From positions 5,890,001 through 5,954,000 of the forward strand of contig NC_087444.1 of NCBI RefSeq assembly GCF_036321535.1: DNA of 64,000 bases. Reading direction: 5' to 3'. Below are positions 1 through 13,099 of this stretch, piece after piece (positions within the stretch are counted from its first letter, which is position 1; every line of letters starts with the position of its first letter). The DNA is from Camelus dromedarius (taxonomy: Eukaryota). Under the pieces are notes generated by a model. That model did no database searches. It saw only the letters and a list, made by a program, of their open reading frames with translations, and was not told the DNA's origin. The translations under genes and the position numbers were made by a program.

Positions 1-1389
1 GTACTCACATTTACTTTGTGTGTTTCAGAGACAGCAGGCCCTATGAATATGCAACATTATTCTTAATTTAGCTCTGCAAAACCAGGCATGGGCAGTGCAT
101 GGTGTGTTTGGCCTTACCAAATTCACCAGTGATTAGATTGATTTTTAGCTTGCATCATTGTTTTCAGGCCCAATGATGAGTCATGGAACTTCTCTCTCAC
201 CTCATGTACGTTACTGCATCTGGTACCATCAGGACAGAGTTAATATCCAGGATGCAGTGATTGATTTAGGGAGATGATAATGAGATTATGGCTCCTGCCC
301 TTAAAACATGACAACTGAAATCCTATCATTTTCCACATGAAGAAATATGCTAAATATGATAATATCTGACATGTCTATCACCGTGGGATTAAGCCAGCGA
401 GGCGAGGCAGGTTTGATATTTTGATCCTTAGACATGTTACCCTCTTTGTCTTACAAACACAGCATAATTGATTTGGAGATAATGAAGGTTTATATTTGCA
501 TGCCCCAATTTTTAATTCTAGGAAGTTTTCAGGTCCTCTCGGTTCAGATCTGTCAGCTTATACAAAAGAAGCAAACAGTTTCCACTTTGTTTCTTTCCTC
601 TGATTTCACGGGGTGGTAAACTGAGTAAGAGAAGTGGGTAACCGTGAATATATATGTTTCAGGCCAGGAGAGTCTGCCTCGAAAGTTTTCAAAAGACTCA
701 TGAGTACAAAAACATTAAATGTGTGGGAAATCTGACCCCTTAAACACAACAGAGAAGCAATATTTCCTGAATATTTAAAGAAAACAAGTTAGGAAAATGG
801 ATGAGCACACTTTTAAAGACCAATACATTTAGGGTTTTTTCCTTCCTTCTCCTTTGGGAGGAAATCTTTTCTAGAATTTCCAGATTTTATTTTTAAATGT
901 ATACCTTTAAATAAAGTAACTTAAAATATTCCTATATTATCTACGTTATTTAAAATATACATTTGATGCAAGTTTTATTTCTTTTAGTCTTTTCCTCTAA
1001 TACTCACAATCTTAAACTCAGCTTCAGGATATAGACAGATACACGGCTAGATGGGTACAGATACCTGAGAATGGTAAGACTAACTGAAACTGGTGTCTGA
1101 ACTATTCAACACCCAGATGCTCATTGTCTATTTCTAAACATTCGCTGATACAGACATCTACCCAGTCATTCAGTTCTCAGCATCTACCCACAAGCATGTA
1201 TCCATGTATCTACTTTGTGCCAGATTCCCCTAATCACTGCCAGGCATTCATAAGAAATGGAAAGGAGCATACATCCTAGCTGAGGAGACGTATATTTATG
1301 GGTTATTTTTCATGCATTTGAAGGCTTGGTACATGTCTGAAAAGTAGGATAGAAAAAGGAAGACGCAACTGCCCATCTGACAGCTCTAC

Positions 1390-2100
1390 TGGGATGTCTC
1401 CTATGGCCGGAACAGCATTCTTAATTTTTCCACTCCTTACAACTACTTCTCCAATAGTCCCAAACCTAGGAATCATCCCTCACTCCTTTTTACTCCTGCT
1501 CACAGACTTCTCATCTCTCAGCAAGTGTTGCTGCACTCCATATATTACTGTGAATCTCTCCATTCCTCTCTGCATCCATTGATTTTTGTTACTCAAATCC
1601 ATCATCATCTCTCACTTGGACTGTTGGGATAGTTTTCATCTTCCACTATTCACCACCCCCCAATTAATTATCTACACAACAACTAGAATGATTATTTTAA
1701 AATATAAAATAGATTGTATTTCCCCATTGCTTAAAGCCAGCAATGGCTTAAGTCACTTTGGAAAAAATGGGAACACCTGATACAACACCTGGTCAAGCAC
1801 CGTGTTCTGGTTCTTGCTCACCTCTCCTCCCCACGCCCACTGAGCTCTAGCCACACTGCCCTTTTCCGAGCCTGCCAGAAGATGGCCTGCCTTTTATTCT
1901 GTCTTTCCTGCATTGATTTCTGCCTTCAGGGTTTTGCCCCATCTGCCTGTGAGGCTCTTCTCCGTGCTTTCACACGACTGGGTGAATCTTCTCATTCAGT
2001 TCCCCTCTCAATACTCAGGAACTATTCAGAGGATGAATGGGCGTTATTTATAACCACTGCACAGCACTGCCGGGTGGCGTGAATCTCATGCCTGAAGTTC
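1390..2100 (+). mobile_element. L2 LINE fragment
   Basis: Pyrimidine-rich L2-type motifs such as ccatcatcatctctcacttggac and gaatgattattttaaaatataaaat...attgcttaaa. Confidence 0.7.
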
Positions 2101-2599
2101 TCAACAGATGTTGCTTATTAAGACCATCGGAGCCAATCTCTTGATCTATTTAACTTTTCCTAAATAGTATTTAGTTCTGAACATTAAAATACCCGCATCA
2201 GACATAAGCATTTGTACCAAGTCTGATCACTGTTTATTTGTAAGAAAATAGTCTAATTTTAATACTTTAATGCATAGGACACATTTGAGGAATCTGGGAG
2301 TGACTCTGCCAAGGATGCAGACTTATTTGGATGTGCTCACTTTTCAATTAGGCAGGGTTCATAAACATTTATGTAATTTGATGACATTTGTGATGATGAT
2401 AATAATAATAGTATAAATATTAATGCTTCTTGTAACAGGTAGTATGTCTCATTTTTCCAGTAAGATTAAAGAAACAGAACTCCTAAGCATTACTGACATT
2501 CTTTTGCTTTACCTTCCTGGTTTTTCACTTCTTGGAGTCTTCCCCATTCTAATTCTATGTGAGATTTTTAGTTTGATTTTTATAACAGGACATAAGCTT

Positions 2600-2985
2600 A
2601 GGCTTTGGCAAGGTGATAACACCCTGGAGGCTGGGAGAACTAACACTCTTGAAGGATAAACTTCAGCCAATGTGAGTGAGAAGGCTGAAGGGAAAGGAAT
2701 GGCTGATAAATTTTCTTTCCAGCTTCCTCGTGACGGATTGACCTGGATTGTCTTTTATCTACTCTATCCGGAGACAATCCACGTGGCCAGCTGACTGTCT
2801 GCCTCTCTGCATCTTGTGAAGCAGTGACCAGCTCAGTAATTCATTACCTTGTATTCAAATCCCATCTTTCTCTGTCTCGTTTCTATTTTCTTTTACTCCA
2901 GCTACCTTACATCTTGCCTTCCGACAAAACATTAGCACTTGACCCTTTTCTCAGGCTCAGTTTTCAATCAACCTGACCTAAGATA
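2600..2985 (+). mobile_element. ERVL-family solo LTR (LTR33/40/41-like), decayed; 5' boundary uncertain
   Basis: Characteristic 3' end ttctcaggctcagttttc...aacctgacctaagata. Confidence 0.55.
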
Positions 2986-3119
2986 TATGCTAGTTAAAAG
3001 CTAGGCTAGAGGGAGGGCTGCACATCTTGTTTTAAAGTTCTTTGTCAGTGCATTAAAATACTAGTAGGGCAAGGATGATGGCGATCACTCATCTCCAACA
3101 TCTGTGGGGTATTTGACTG

Positions 3120-3290
3120 CTGTTACTGTTCGAAGCGCTTTGTGTGTGATGGCGTTTAATCCTCACATCCATCCTATGAAGTAGGTATCATTATTATCCC
3201 CACTTGACAGACAAGACAGGCATAAATATTTCACACATCTGATAACCTGGGCCATACGGCTAACGGGAAGCAGAGCTAGGATTCCACTCT
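3120..3290 (-). mobile_element. MIR SINE
   Basis: tttaatcctcac...cctatgaagtaggtatcattattatccccac core in reverse orientation. Confidence 0.75.
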
Positions 3291-6200
3291 AAGCACTTTG
3301 ATGCATTTTCATTTGTGCTGAAACCTTCAGCAGTGAGGGGCAGTCCTTGGTGTCTTGCTGGCCATTCTAAGGTCGACATCACTGCCTGTGCAGCCGACTC
3401 CGGACAAGGCCACTCGGGTCCCAGCGGCACGTTTATGATCAGAATATGATCTCTAAAGAGCTGAGGTCCACTTCCTTTCAGGAATGTGTGGTGTGCTGGG
3501 GCGTCTGACTCAACCTTCCAGTCTTCTTGGCTTGCGTGCTCAAAAGAAAGCATCTCAAAACACACGCTTAGTTGCACCGAAGTTTCTCCCGTCTTCCCAC
3601 GTAGAGGTTTATGAAAGGGCCATCTTACTTCATGCTTAATTCAGAGCACTTGTAGTTTCATCCTGAATCGTTTTTACCCACCATCATACCACGCACATTA
3701 CATCCACCCTACACAGACGTGCCCAGGCTCAGGCTCACCACACTCCATCATGTGACTCTTTGTGGCTGCGCCACAAAGGTTCCCACTCTGTGTTGTGTAA
3801 GAAACTTGCAACTGAAAGTGACCTGCACTCACCTTCTGCCCTTCTGTCGCCCTATTGAAAACAATGACCACCAAGCCTCTTCCAACAAAAGGCCATTTGT
3901 GTCCGCGGACAGAACACAGAGGATCAGATCGCCTGCAGTAATTGCAAATTAATGCTCTCCCGGCAATGCATTAACTACACACTATTGATCTACAGTTGAA
4001 TCATAGAGGCTACTGAGAAGTGATTTTGCTTTCCTATTTTTTGTGCTTTTATTGCTTTTTCCATAATGCATTTTTCTTTCCACTGGAGTTTTTCTCTAAT
4101 TGTCTCCATTTGAAATTTCCCACAGTGAGATGACTTCTAACTTATAATTAGAATCTGTAAAAATTCATGTCTCTGTCTCAAAAGCCTTTTAGAAATCTAC
4201 TGAACGGTAACTTTGATGCTATAAAACACACACACGAGGCACAGACACACGTATCTAGAGAGACAAGCTTTTGAATGATTTTTTTTAACTTAAATAAAAC
4301 AGAAATCCATTTGGTCCTCTATTCGAAATTACAATTTGCTGAATAGTCTGCAATAAACTATTCAAAAGTTTCCCCTAAAAGCATTTTACTTGGGAGCATT
4401 GATGATATGATTTTCTTTCCTCAAGCAAACTTTTAACATGTAAGTAAACAGTATATTTCAGAGGTAATTTTTTTTGAGTATAAATGTGAGAGAAGATGCA
4501 AAAATCCAGTGAATATTTATGCACGTTTGCACAGAATACTTCTGACAAAATCCAGGTTTCCTCATGTTTGTGTCAAACTCTTAATTGACAAAAATCCTTC
4601 TACCTGGTGGAAAGAGCGTACGCTTGTATTCCAGAGCTGACCTTGACCACGCGCCTAGCCTAGACACAGGCCATCTGGCCTGAGCCTGGCTTCCGAGTTG
4701 TGAATTAGGAGCCACTGCACCTGGAGAGATACCCTGACAGCAATTTCCTCTACAACTTCTCATGTCTCTTTAACTTATCACTGATCTTTTAAACTTCTAA
4801 ATGGGAGACATAGCTGTGACATCTAACCGAAGTCTTCAAAAACGTTTTAGGCCTATGAGAACTTTGATATGTTACTATCATTTCTTTCATAATCACTATT
4901 TGCATAAGAGTCATAATTAATACTGTAAAAATAAATGTGCATCCAACTTGTTTGCTTAGTCTGTATTCCTCAGTAAATCATCATCTTCTGTTGCAAGAAA
5001 TGTCAATTACATGACGAATTACATAATCTTGGTACTCTTCCTTCTAGGAGTTTATAATTAGAGATCAATATAATCAGAGTTGATTGGCATTTTCCAACCA
5101 GTCTGGGAGCTGGGCCAGGGTGCTGGAGCCTCCCCGACGGGTCAGGTGTTGCTGGGGGGCAAGAAGGGGGCGGCAGCAGGAGGGAGACGCTGTCGGGACT
5201 GGGAGTCTGAACTGCGATACTCCCTTCAACGCTACTGCCTAACTCTCTCCTCCTCTTTCCACTCTACCTTAGACACTTCCTATATTAAGATCAAAAGTGA
5301 ATAAATAAATCTTCACACTTCTAATCTTTGAAGATGGTTAGAAATAAGACTTTTTCAAGTGTGCTCCACAAGAAATGAGTTAGGAAGAAAGTCAGGAGTT
5401 TCTCAACAGGGAGAAAAAAGAAGAAAAGGTGGAGTAAAACCACAACTGAAGGCATCACGACTGAAATGATGACTGGATCCTTTCAGAAGACGGTAACTTC
5501 AGAGGGTCGGTGTGCTGTGAATGCACTGCCGGGGTGAGGACCACACAGGAGGCTGGCTACAAACAGACTTGTATGCACACACGGGTAGGAGCCAGGAGGA
5601 TAAAAGTTTCTAAAGTTTGGTTTGTTATAATTACGAAAAATTGCTGCTCCAAGACATCAAGATACATTAAAAAAAACTGAAGAAACCAGTCTTAAAATAA
5701 AAGAAAAAAAATCTAAATCTCTTGTGTACCCATTAAAATAAGGAGAGTCAGCAATATGGCAGAGAAAGGTCCTTTAAAGAGAAGAGTGGCCGTAACCCAG
5801 GAACAGCATTATTATAATGACTAATAATTCAGTGTCATCTCAAAAATGCAATTAAGAAAAGTGATGAAGAACTAGGACAGCACATACAAAGCAGACTAGT
5901 GGGATATGAAACTGAATGTCCTGATTGGAAACTCTTAGGGAAGTAGGCACTTATGAGAAACCAATTGTGAAATGTCTTTTCGTAGTCTGTATTTTTACTT
6001 TTTCTTGTAGGAGAAATATGTAGAATGGCACGAACAATCTACTCTGGTCTGAACCCTTGGGGAAAAAGTCAAATATATTAAGCACATGACAGAACTGAGC
6101 AGCTCTGGAAAGGGGTTTGCATTAGTCCAATTTTTTTGATTAATATTTAATAATGTTTTTATTGTATAGGAAGTTGATGATACTGTTCTACCACTAACAG

Positions 6201-6499
6201 ACATGTACTTGGAGATACACTCCTTCTAGACGTGATGAATTTGTGTTGAAAGCATCATCCTTGGGAACAGTCAAAACATATTTGCAAGGCAGCTAACCAA
6301 GGATGAAGGTGGCCGCCAGTAGCCCTGGAAGAGAGGAGAATTGACATCATGGAGGATAAAAACCATTCATTGAAAAGAGAACAATGTGCTGCGGAAGTGC
6401 AGAGCAGAAAGGGCCCACTGAGCATTTATTTGCTCCTGGATTTGTGGCGACAGAAGGGGTTTGGTGTCAGCCTGTGAAAATGTAAAGACCTTGTCACTC

Positions 6500-6910
6500 T
6501 TCAATAGTTTCCCATTAATCACAGAGTAACATCTACCATCTTTATCATGGCCTGCAGGACCCCCCAGGATCCACCTCTGCCTGTTACTGCCCCTTCATCC
6601 CTTATCACGCCCATCTCAGCTGTGTCCCTCAGTCCTGAAACAGGGCAAGACTGCTCTGCCTTGTGCCCCTGGCTCTTGTATTTATGATCTTGCTCTTCTT
6701 CTGGCCGGAGGACACTTTTCTTTCAGACCTCTGCATGGCTGACTCTTTGTTTACTCTTTCAAGTCTGGGCTCGATTATTTTATCACTCCTTTGAGGGTGC
6801 TTCTAGCATGCAAGGTCCTGAGCATTCTCAGCTGCCTGAGAACATCCCTGTGTCCTTGGGGCTAGAACCACGCCCGGCACATAGTGGGTGCCCACCATAT
6901 GATAAATGAA
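6500..6910 (+). mobile_element. L2 LINE 3' fragment
   Basis: Ends with cccggcacatagtgggtgccc...aaatgaa, the typical L2 3' end. Confidence 0.7.
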
Positions 6911-7629
6911 AATATCATCTGATGAGAGTTCACTGAGCACATCATTTCCCTTTTACTAAATATCATCTTTCAAGTACAACTAAGGTCGCATCAGCATTTT
7001 TTTTTTTGGAAACGACATCAACATGCTATATTTGTTGATCTTATTGTTAATTAAATCCATCTAAAGTTTTCCCACAAAATCTTCTCTTTGCCATGGTTAT
7101 TTGTATTTTAGATGTGTAGTTAAGTTTATGTAGCCAAGGACAGGACCTTGCATTTATCAATAACTAGCTTTATTTTTTTTACATTGTATCAGTCGTGTAG
7201 GTATCTGGTGCTCTTCCTGAGCCTACATCAGAACCTACTGTGTCTCCCTACTTCATGCTACTTAAGAATCTGACCAACTGGTTTTCTATATTTCCCTCAA
7301 AAGAACTCCGGAGGCCTAGGATGGCCAGTTTTCTAGAAATCTCAGGATTCCCTTTACTCAGCACATGGAAACACTGATTCGAATTTAAAGTAATTTTGGA
7401 AACCGAAGAATTCAGGTAAAATTCTTTAATAAGGAGCAAGCAGTTTGCCTGTAGAATTACAAGATTGTGATAAACAGGTGTAGCTCAAGAATTGAAAATA
7501 AATTGTCAGTTAATAAGTAGAGAACAGAGCAAGAATTCACATGTTTGTTATGATGAAATTCTCTTTCATTTTGCCAGCACACTTCTTGAGCACAGTAACA
7601 TGGATGGTGGGAGGCGCACAGACAAATCA

Positions 7630-7790
7630 TGGGGTAGAAATCAGGAAACATGCTTTCTAATCACACTGGACAGCCAACTCGATAAACTCAAGGGAATTAC
7701 AAATCTGTAAAATGGGGTTAAAAATAGTGATATACCCACACCTTTGCAAGAGTCAAGTGCATTAATAACTAGAAAAGACTTTCTGAAAAA
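7630..7790 (+). mobile_element. MIR SINE (diverged)
   Basis: atctgtaaaatggggttaaaaatagt core. Confidence 0.55.
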
Positions 7791-8284
7791 CAGAAGGTGA
7801 TTTTCATCAAATCATTAATACTCTTTACAGTATATTTGCTGTGGCCTCCTGCTTTCTCATTCTCTGTACAGTCTGACTTCCGAATCTTAACCTACTACCA
7901 AAATGAGCCCATAAAACATTGAGGTGGACTTTCAAAAAATATACACAATTGCATACATCTAAATGAGTTTGGCTTTTTCAAAATAATTACCCTGGTGGAT
8001 GTTAGCACTGCTCAGAATGAATCTTGTTCACCTCTTTTCGAACTAACAGAAAGGGAGACTCCTGACTGTATACATAGCTCAGTTCAACAACCAACGCTGT
8101 TCGCTCAACTCAGCTCTCTTCAGCTTCGTTTATAGTAAATCCACTCTCCAAGTAGGGAGGGTAGTTACTTACGGTGTTCAAAATACATTCCCTCCCAAGT
8201 GACTATTAGAAATAGTCACTTGGGAGGATAAGTTACGGAATGGTTATTAAAAAATCGGTTATATCCAATCACAATTCATTTCAA

Positions 8285-8460
8285 ATGATATTGATAAATT
8301 GGAAGGATTCAGAGAAAACCAAAAGAGAAAATCCAATGTTTGGAAAATAATATGTGAAACTAGAATATCTACAACTGGGCTTTTTTTTTTAAATGAAGAA
8401 TTAAGAGAGTAAATAGTAGTTTAAAACTTTGGTGAGGCACATGAAGATTCTTTGATGAAG
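8285..8460 (+). mobile_element. L3/CR1 LINE fragment
   Basis: aaattggaaggattcagagaaaacc...tttggaaaata...aagaattaagagag resembles the CR1 3' region. Confidence 0.45.
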
Positions 8461-11400
8461 AAGTGAAATTAGTAGTTAACCGTATCACTGCATATGATGT
8501 AAAAAGGAACAGACAAGACAAAGGGTCTGGCCAGAGTCAGGAACAAGTTCAGCCAGGAAGTTTATACAAGACCAGAAATTTCATATGGCTATATCTGCAA
8601 GCATTTTAGCTACCTCATGGTTATTTTCTCACATAAATAGTCATCGTGTGATACGTTACTTTTTCTTGTAGTAAAACTGTCATTCAAAAAGATTAGATCT
8701 AATTTCAATTAATTTCCTTTGAATCTAGATGTTAATCTTTCTATCAAGTGGAGAGTGTGTGATCATTCGAAAGCCTAGCAGGTTTCCATTTAATTTTCTC
8801 TATTGCTTATAAACAACATTGTTGCACTGGAATCCAGATGCTTTTCAAAAATTGAAACGTCTTCCATTAAAGTAACCATCCATTAAAGTGATTTAAAATA
8901 ATGTAATAATTGACTCAGTAATTTGGATTTCCTTGAATGGATACTAAGAGCATGTTTTTTCCTATATATTATTCTAAGAATATAGGGTTCCATTTTTTTT
9001 TAAAATACCTACTTGCATATTGTTCTTAAAATTGTAAATGAAACACTCATTAAAGCTAGGAAACAAGAAACTGCGTGGTGGAAAGAAAAATATGTCTATT
9101 TTAACTAGCTATGTGAAACAGTTCTGACACCATTTAAAGTGACTTTGAATGGTATCTATCAACTACTCTTCTGTCATACATCATAGCCTGACTTTAAAGT
9201 GAATAATGATAAAAGAAAACATAAGCAATCATTGAATAAATATATTTTCCAGCTATCCAATAAGAATTTAGAATACAGAATACAAATTTTTTTTTTATCA
9301 CTTAAAGACCTCCAACAATATAGTTGAAGCACTGAAGTCTTCCTGTACATTATGACCAAGACAGAATGTCGTAAGGCATCTGCAGTCACGTGGAAACAGT
9401 GTCATCGTGCTGCTTCAATTACCTCTTTTTCTCCAGTTTTAGTAAAATAATACATCTGTTGGTCACATTAAAAAATTCCACTTAGCTTGAACTAGCTCCA
9501 TCAGAGCCGCTTTGATTATTGTTAAAAATTGATTTGCTCATGTAAGTCTAGTGAGTGTCAGTCATGTGACCATGACTCATGGCAAATGCCCACCATGCTC
9601 CCTCCTTCTGCTATATTTCAGGATTTTCTATTAACTTTTGTGACAAACCCATACAAAAGAAATGGAAGAAAAAAAAAAAACACCCATACAATCTCAGTGA
9701 AGGCACCGGTCATAACTGTATGTGGATGAACTGAAGGCTTCCTGTCACTTCTGATGTCCTGAATCAAAGTCCTTAGAAGGTTGGATTGTAATGGCAATAT
9801 CATTAAGTTAAATGACAGAAATCCGTAGTAACTCAGTGGAAAAGAGCGGTGTAGCACAGTACCCTCCATCTATTCACAACAGAGGAGAGTGAACATTTGT
9901 GACAAGGCCTGTCACTAAAAGGAGGTGATTCAGTGTGAGTGTCGTTTGCAATACAAATCCCTAAATAGTTTTTTACTAACAGAAATTGTAGACTAGTACT
10001 TAAAACAGATGAAGGGAATAGAGAATTCACTCTGAAGGCTAAGTCTGGGACTAACAAACTAAAAGTTAAAAAAAAAAGCCAGTGTTAATTTACTAAACTA
10101 GTATTTCCAATTGTTTTAAAGGGGAATTAGTCACGTTGTTTATTTTCTATCCCCTGCATGAATAACTAATTGGCAGCCAGAAGCAAACTACTTTTCTTCA
10201 GAGTAGCCCCCCAAAAGATTTAAGACCTCAAGAGTTTATGAAGAGTTTGAGAATGTAATTTCACAAGGAGGTGTTTATAAATTTCAGTATTCAGTACCTG
10301 AAACTGACTAATAATTTTCATTTGAACTTTTTAGAGATCTAGCTTGCATACTTTAACTCATGAGAGCCTATCAAAAAAGATGAAAAATAAGATTTCACAG
10401 TCACTGGGGTTCCCTTAAATAAATGAGAAGTCAGTTGAGTTGACTGACAAAGTTATGAGTTAGCGACTCTTAAATACAAACACATAACCAGTTTTGAACC
10501 TAATTTCTTGGCCAAAGTATTGCATCTGGTTTGATTGTAATAGTCATTTTCATTCCAAAGTTGTACCAGGGAAATGATCTGGAATATTCAAATTTCTCTC
10601 TAGTTAAATCCTTAGCTTCTACATTCAACAATCACTGAAGCATTTTTAAGGTAGGTTCATTGCATGTTTTACCACTGAAACGTTAACATCCTTGTCAAAG
10701 CAAGTTGTAGAGTAAGGTGGTACAGGGCTAATGAGAGATGATACATTCCTAAAGATGGTAAGATGACTTCAAAAAGCAAAAAATGGCCCTTTAAAATGCA
10801 ACCCGAAACCCCAAAAGGCAGTTCCCTTTACAAACTGCAAGGTTGTCTAAAATATTTTGTGATTTTTATACCTCAGTTAAACTCTCAATCAGCAAAAATT
10901 TAAGCAATTCATTTAAAACTGCATTTGAAATTGCTACTTTGAGTATAAATCCTTATTCTAGTAGTGAACTCACCTATCTATATAGCTTATATATGTGTAT
11001 CAAGAAAATCAGAACAAAAATATTTATTTATATCACTATTTCTGTACCTATTAGTTTTCTTTCTATACTCTAGTATGTCAGCACCATCACGCTTACATTT
11101 AAATACACTTCATTTGCCTGATCATGTCTTGCAAAAGGTGCATATGGTCAGTACATCCTTTATATCTGAGAAGAAATAGTTAGAAATAAAGATTTGATAG
11201 TATTCCACCTTAAGATATACAAGTGGGTGAGTCCTTCAAAGGAAACGGTATGGAACCAGAGAGCAGGAATGAGTTAGGCAGTAAGAGCCAGGGAACAAAT
11301 GGCAACAGAGAAAAGGGAGGGTGATGATGGGGGAATTCAGGCCTTGAGGCGTATGAAAAAGATCTGAACCAACTCCTAGAGGGAATCTGTTGGGAAATTG

Positions 11401-12169
11401 TTTTAAAAAGATGAATAAAAACTGATGCTCACCAGCACCCAAGGCCCAGGCAACATTAAACGAATTTGGAGTAAATTCAATTGGCAGAGTTACTTGAATT
11501 TCTCTAATAACATCCAGCAGCCCAGAAGCATAGAAAATGAGAGTTTAGATCAGCCCAGGACTGGGGATTGGGACAGGGAAAAACTCAGTCACAATGGAAG
11601 AGAGACAGAAGCATTATACGTTTTCTACTCCATCCAACTGCCACGCCAGAATTGTAAATTCAAGGGTTTCCCACTCACAACTGCCCTAAATATATCTTAC
11701 TACTGATTTTAGTTTATACTTCAGCTAAAATGGGTTTAAAAATATTTTCTGGCTGAATAAAAATGTGACTCTAGCTAATGATAGAATTGATACATAATCT
11801 GCAATTTTCGACCAGCAAAAGCCTATGTGTGGAACTTAACGTTTTTAACGAAACCAACTGGGAGTCTGTAGTTTACATAGCTGGGAATTCTCTGGGCCGT
11901 TCCGAGCCAGAGCTGAAGGGCGGTGCTTTGGCAACCACTTTTTAATAGCAGGATGAGCCTTTCATCCTCTCCTCATAATCTGTTTTTTTAAAAAAAATCA
12001 CAATTCAAGCATATTTATTTATTTAAGTATTTCCTGTGTTTCTGCGATACACCAGGTAATACATCAGGTGACCAGTGTTTTATGAGGAGGTCTGGCATGA
12101 AAAGATAAATTGAGCCGGACAGATTTCCTCTTTTGAAAACCTGAGCCAACAGATGTTGAGCTGATGAGG

Positions 12170-12470
12170 AATTTCATGTAGGACCTGGAGCTGGAAGACC
12201 ACCAAATGGAGCAGGCGCATGGGGACCACGTGTGAGGCGCAAGTTCAGAGGAGGCAGAAACAAGGAGTAAGCCTTGGAGACAGGAGAGTGGACAGAACTC
12301 TAGATTCCTTCGAGGGAGAAATCACAGGCTCCGGAAAGAGAGATGAAGGATGTCTCAGCCCAGAACTACCTGCCTGGTTCTCACAGTTCCAGTTTCCACT
12401 CATATACACAATTAAGAGGCTTCATTTTCTTCATGTAGTTTGAGTGACTCTCTGCTGCTCAATTGAAGAT
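12170..12470 (+). mobile_element. MaLR LTR (MLT1, older subfamily)
   Basis: cccagaactacc...ctcacagttccagtttcc...tagtttgagt matches the MLT1 3' half. Confidence 0.6.
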
Positions 12471-12764
12471 GAGCCCAAGCAGACACTGTAATCTGAGTGA
12501 TTGTTTCACCACGTGTTTTTATGAGGACACCCAGTACTCTATGCATTTACATACTGCGGTCCCGACACTGAGTACACATCTCAGCTCAGAATGTATCATG
12601 TTGACTTATTTTTTCTGTGTTTTCACATTTTTACTCTTCTTTGAATCCTTATGCTGAGAACATACTTGCAGGCTAAACATGTAAGCTTTGAGTAGGTGGG
12701 CAAGATCTGCCTATTACTGATACTCCTATCATAAAAGTTCAGAGAGTAGGATGGAGTGTAACCA

Positions 12765-12900
12765 GTTGGAAGAGCGCTGACTTTGCGGTTGTGAAACTCG
12801 AGGTCTGAGTTCTGGCTCTGGCACTAGTCATGTGACTTTGGCTGCACCACTTCCATGCTCCAAGCCTCAGATGATGTCAATCAAGGAAGTACAAAGCTGC
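12765..12900 (+). mobile_element. MIR SINE
   Basis: gagcgctgactttg...gagttctggctctggcactagtcatgtgactttgg...aagcctcag. Confidence 0.7.
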
Positions 12901-13099
12901 TTCACTCTCAGGTAGGCATGGAGATACTGTATGGAGCAGTTGCTGGAATCAGCCCATGGCAGACAATAATACTTACACCTCCATGTGTAACTTGCCCAAG
13001 ATCACGTCTGGACGTGAGCAGGAGTCTTTTCTGGAACCCACTCATAGCCCATTTTTATCCTCAAGTCCATGTTCTTCTTCATGCTCACAAAGATAAATT

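Noticed and set aside
4638-4646. Isolated short TF motifs (TGACCTTGA here, TCAAGGTCA at 54453-54461, AP-1, GATA and ETS cores elsewhere)
   Set aside because: Motifs of 9 nt or less are expected by chance in 64 kb, and there is no supporting clustering.
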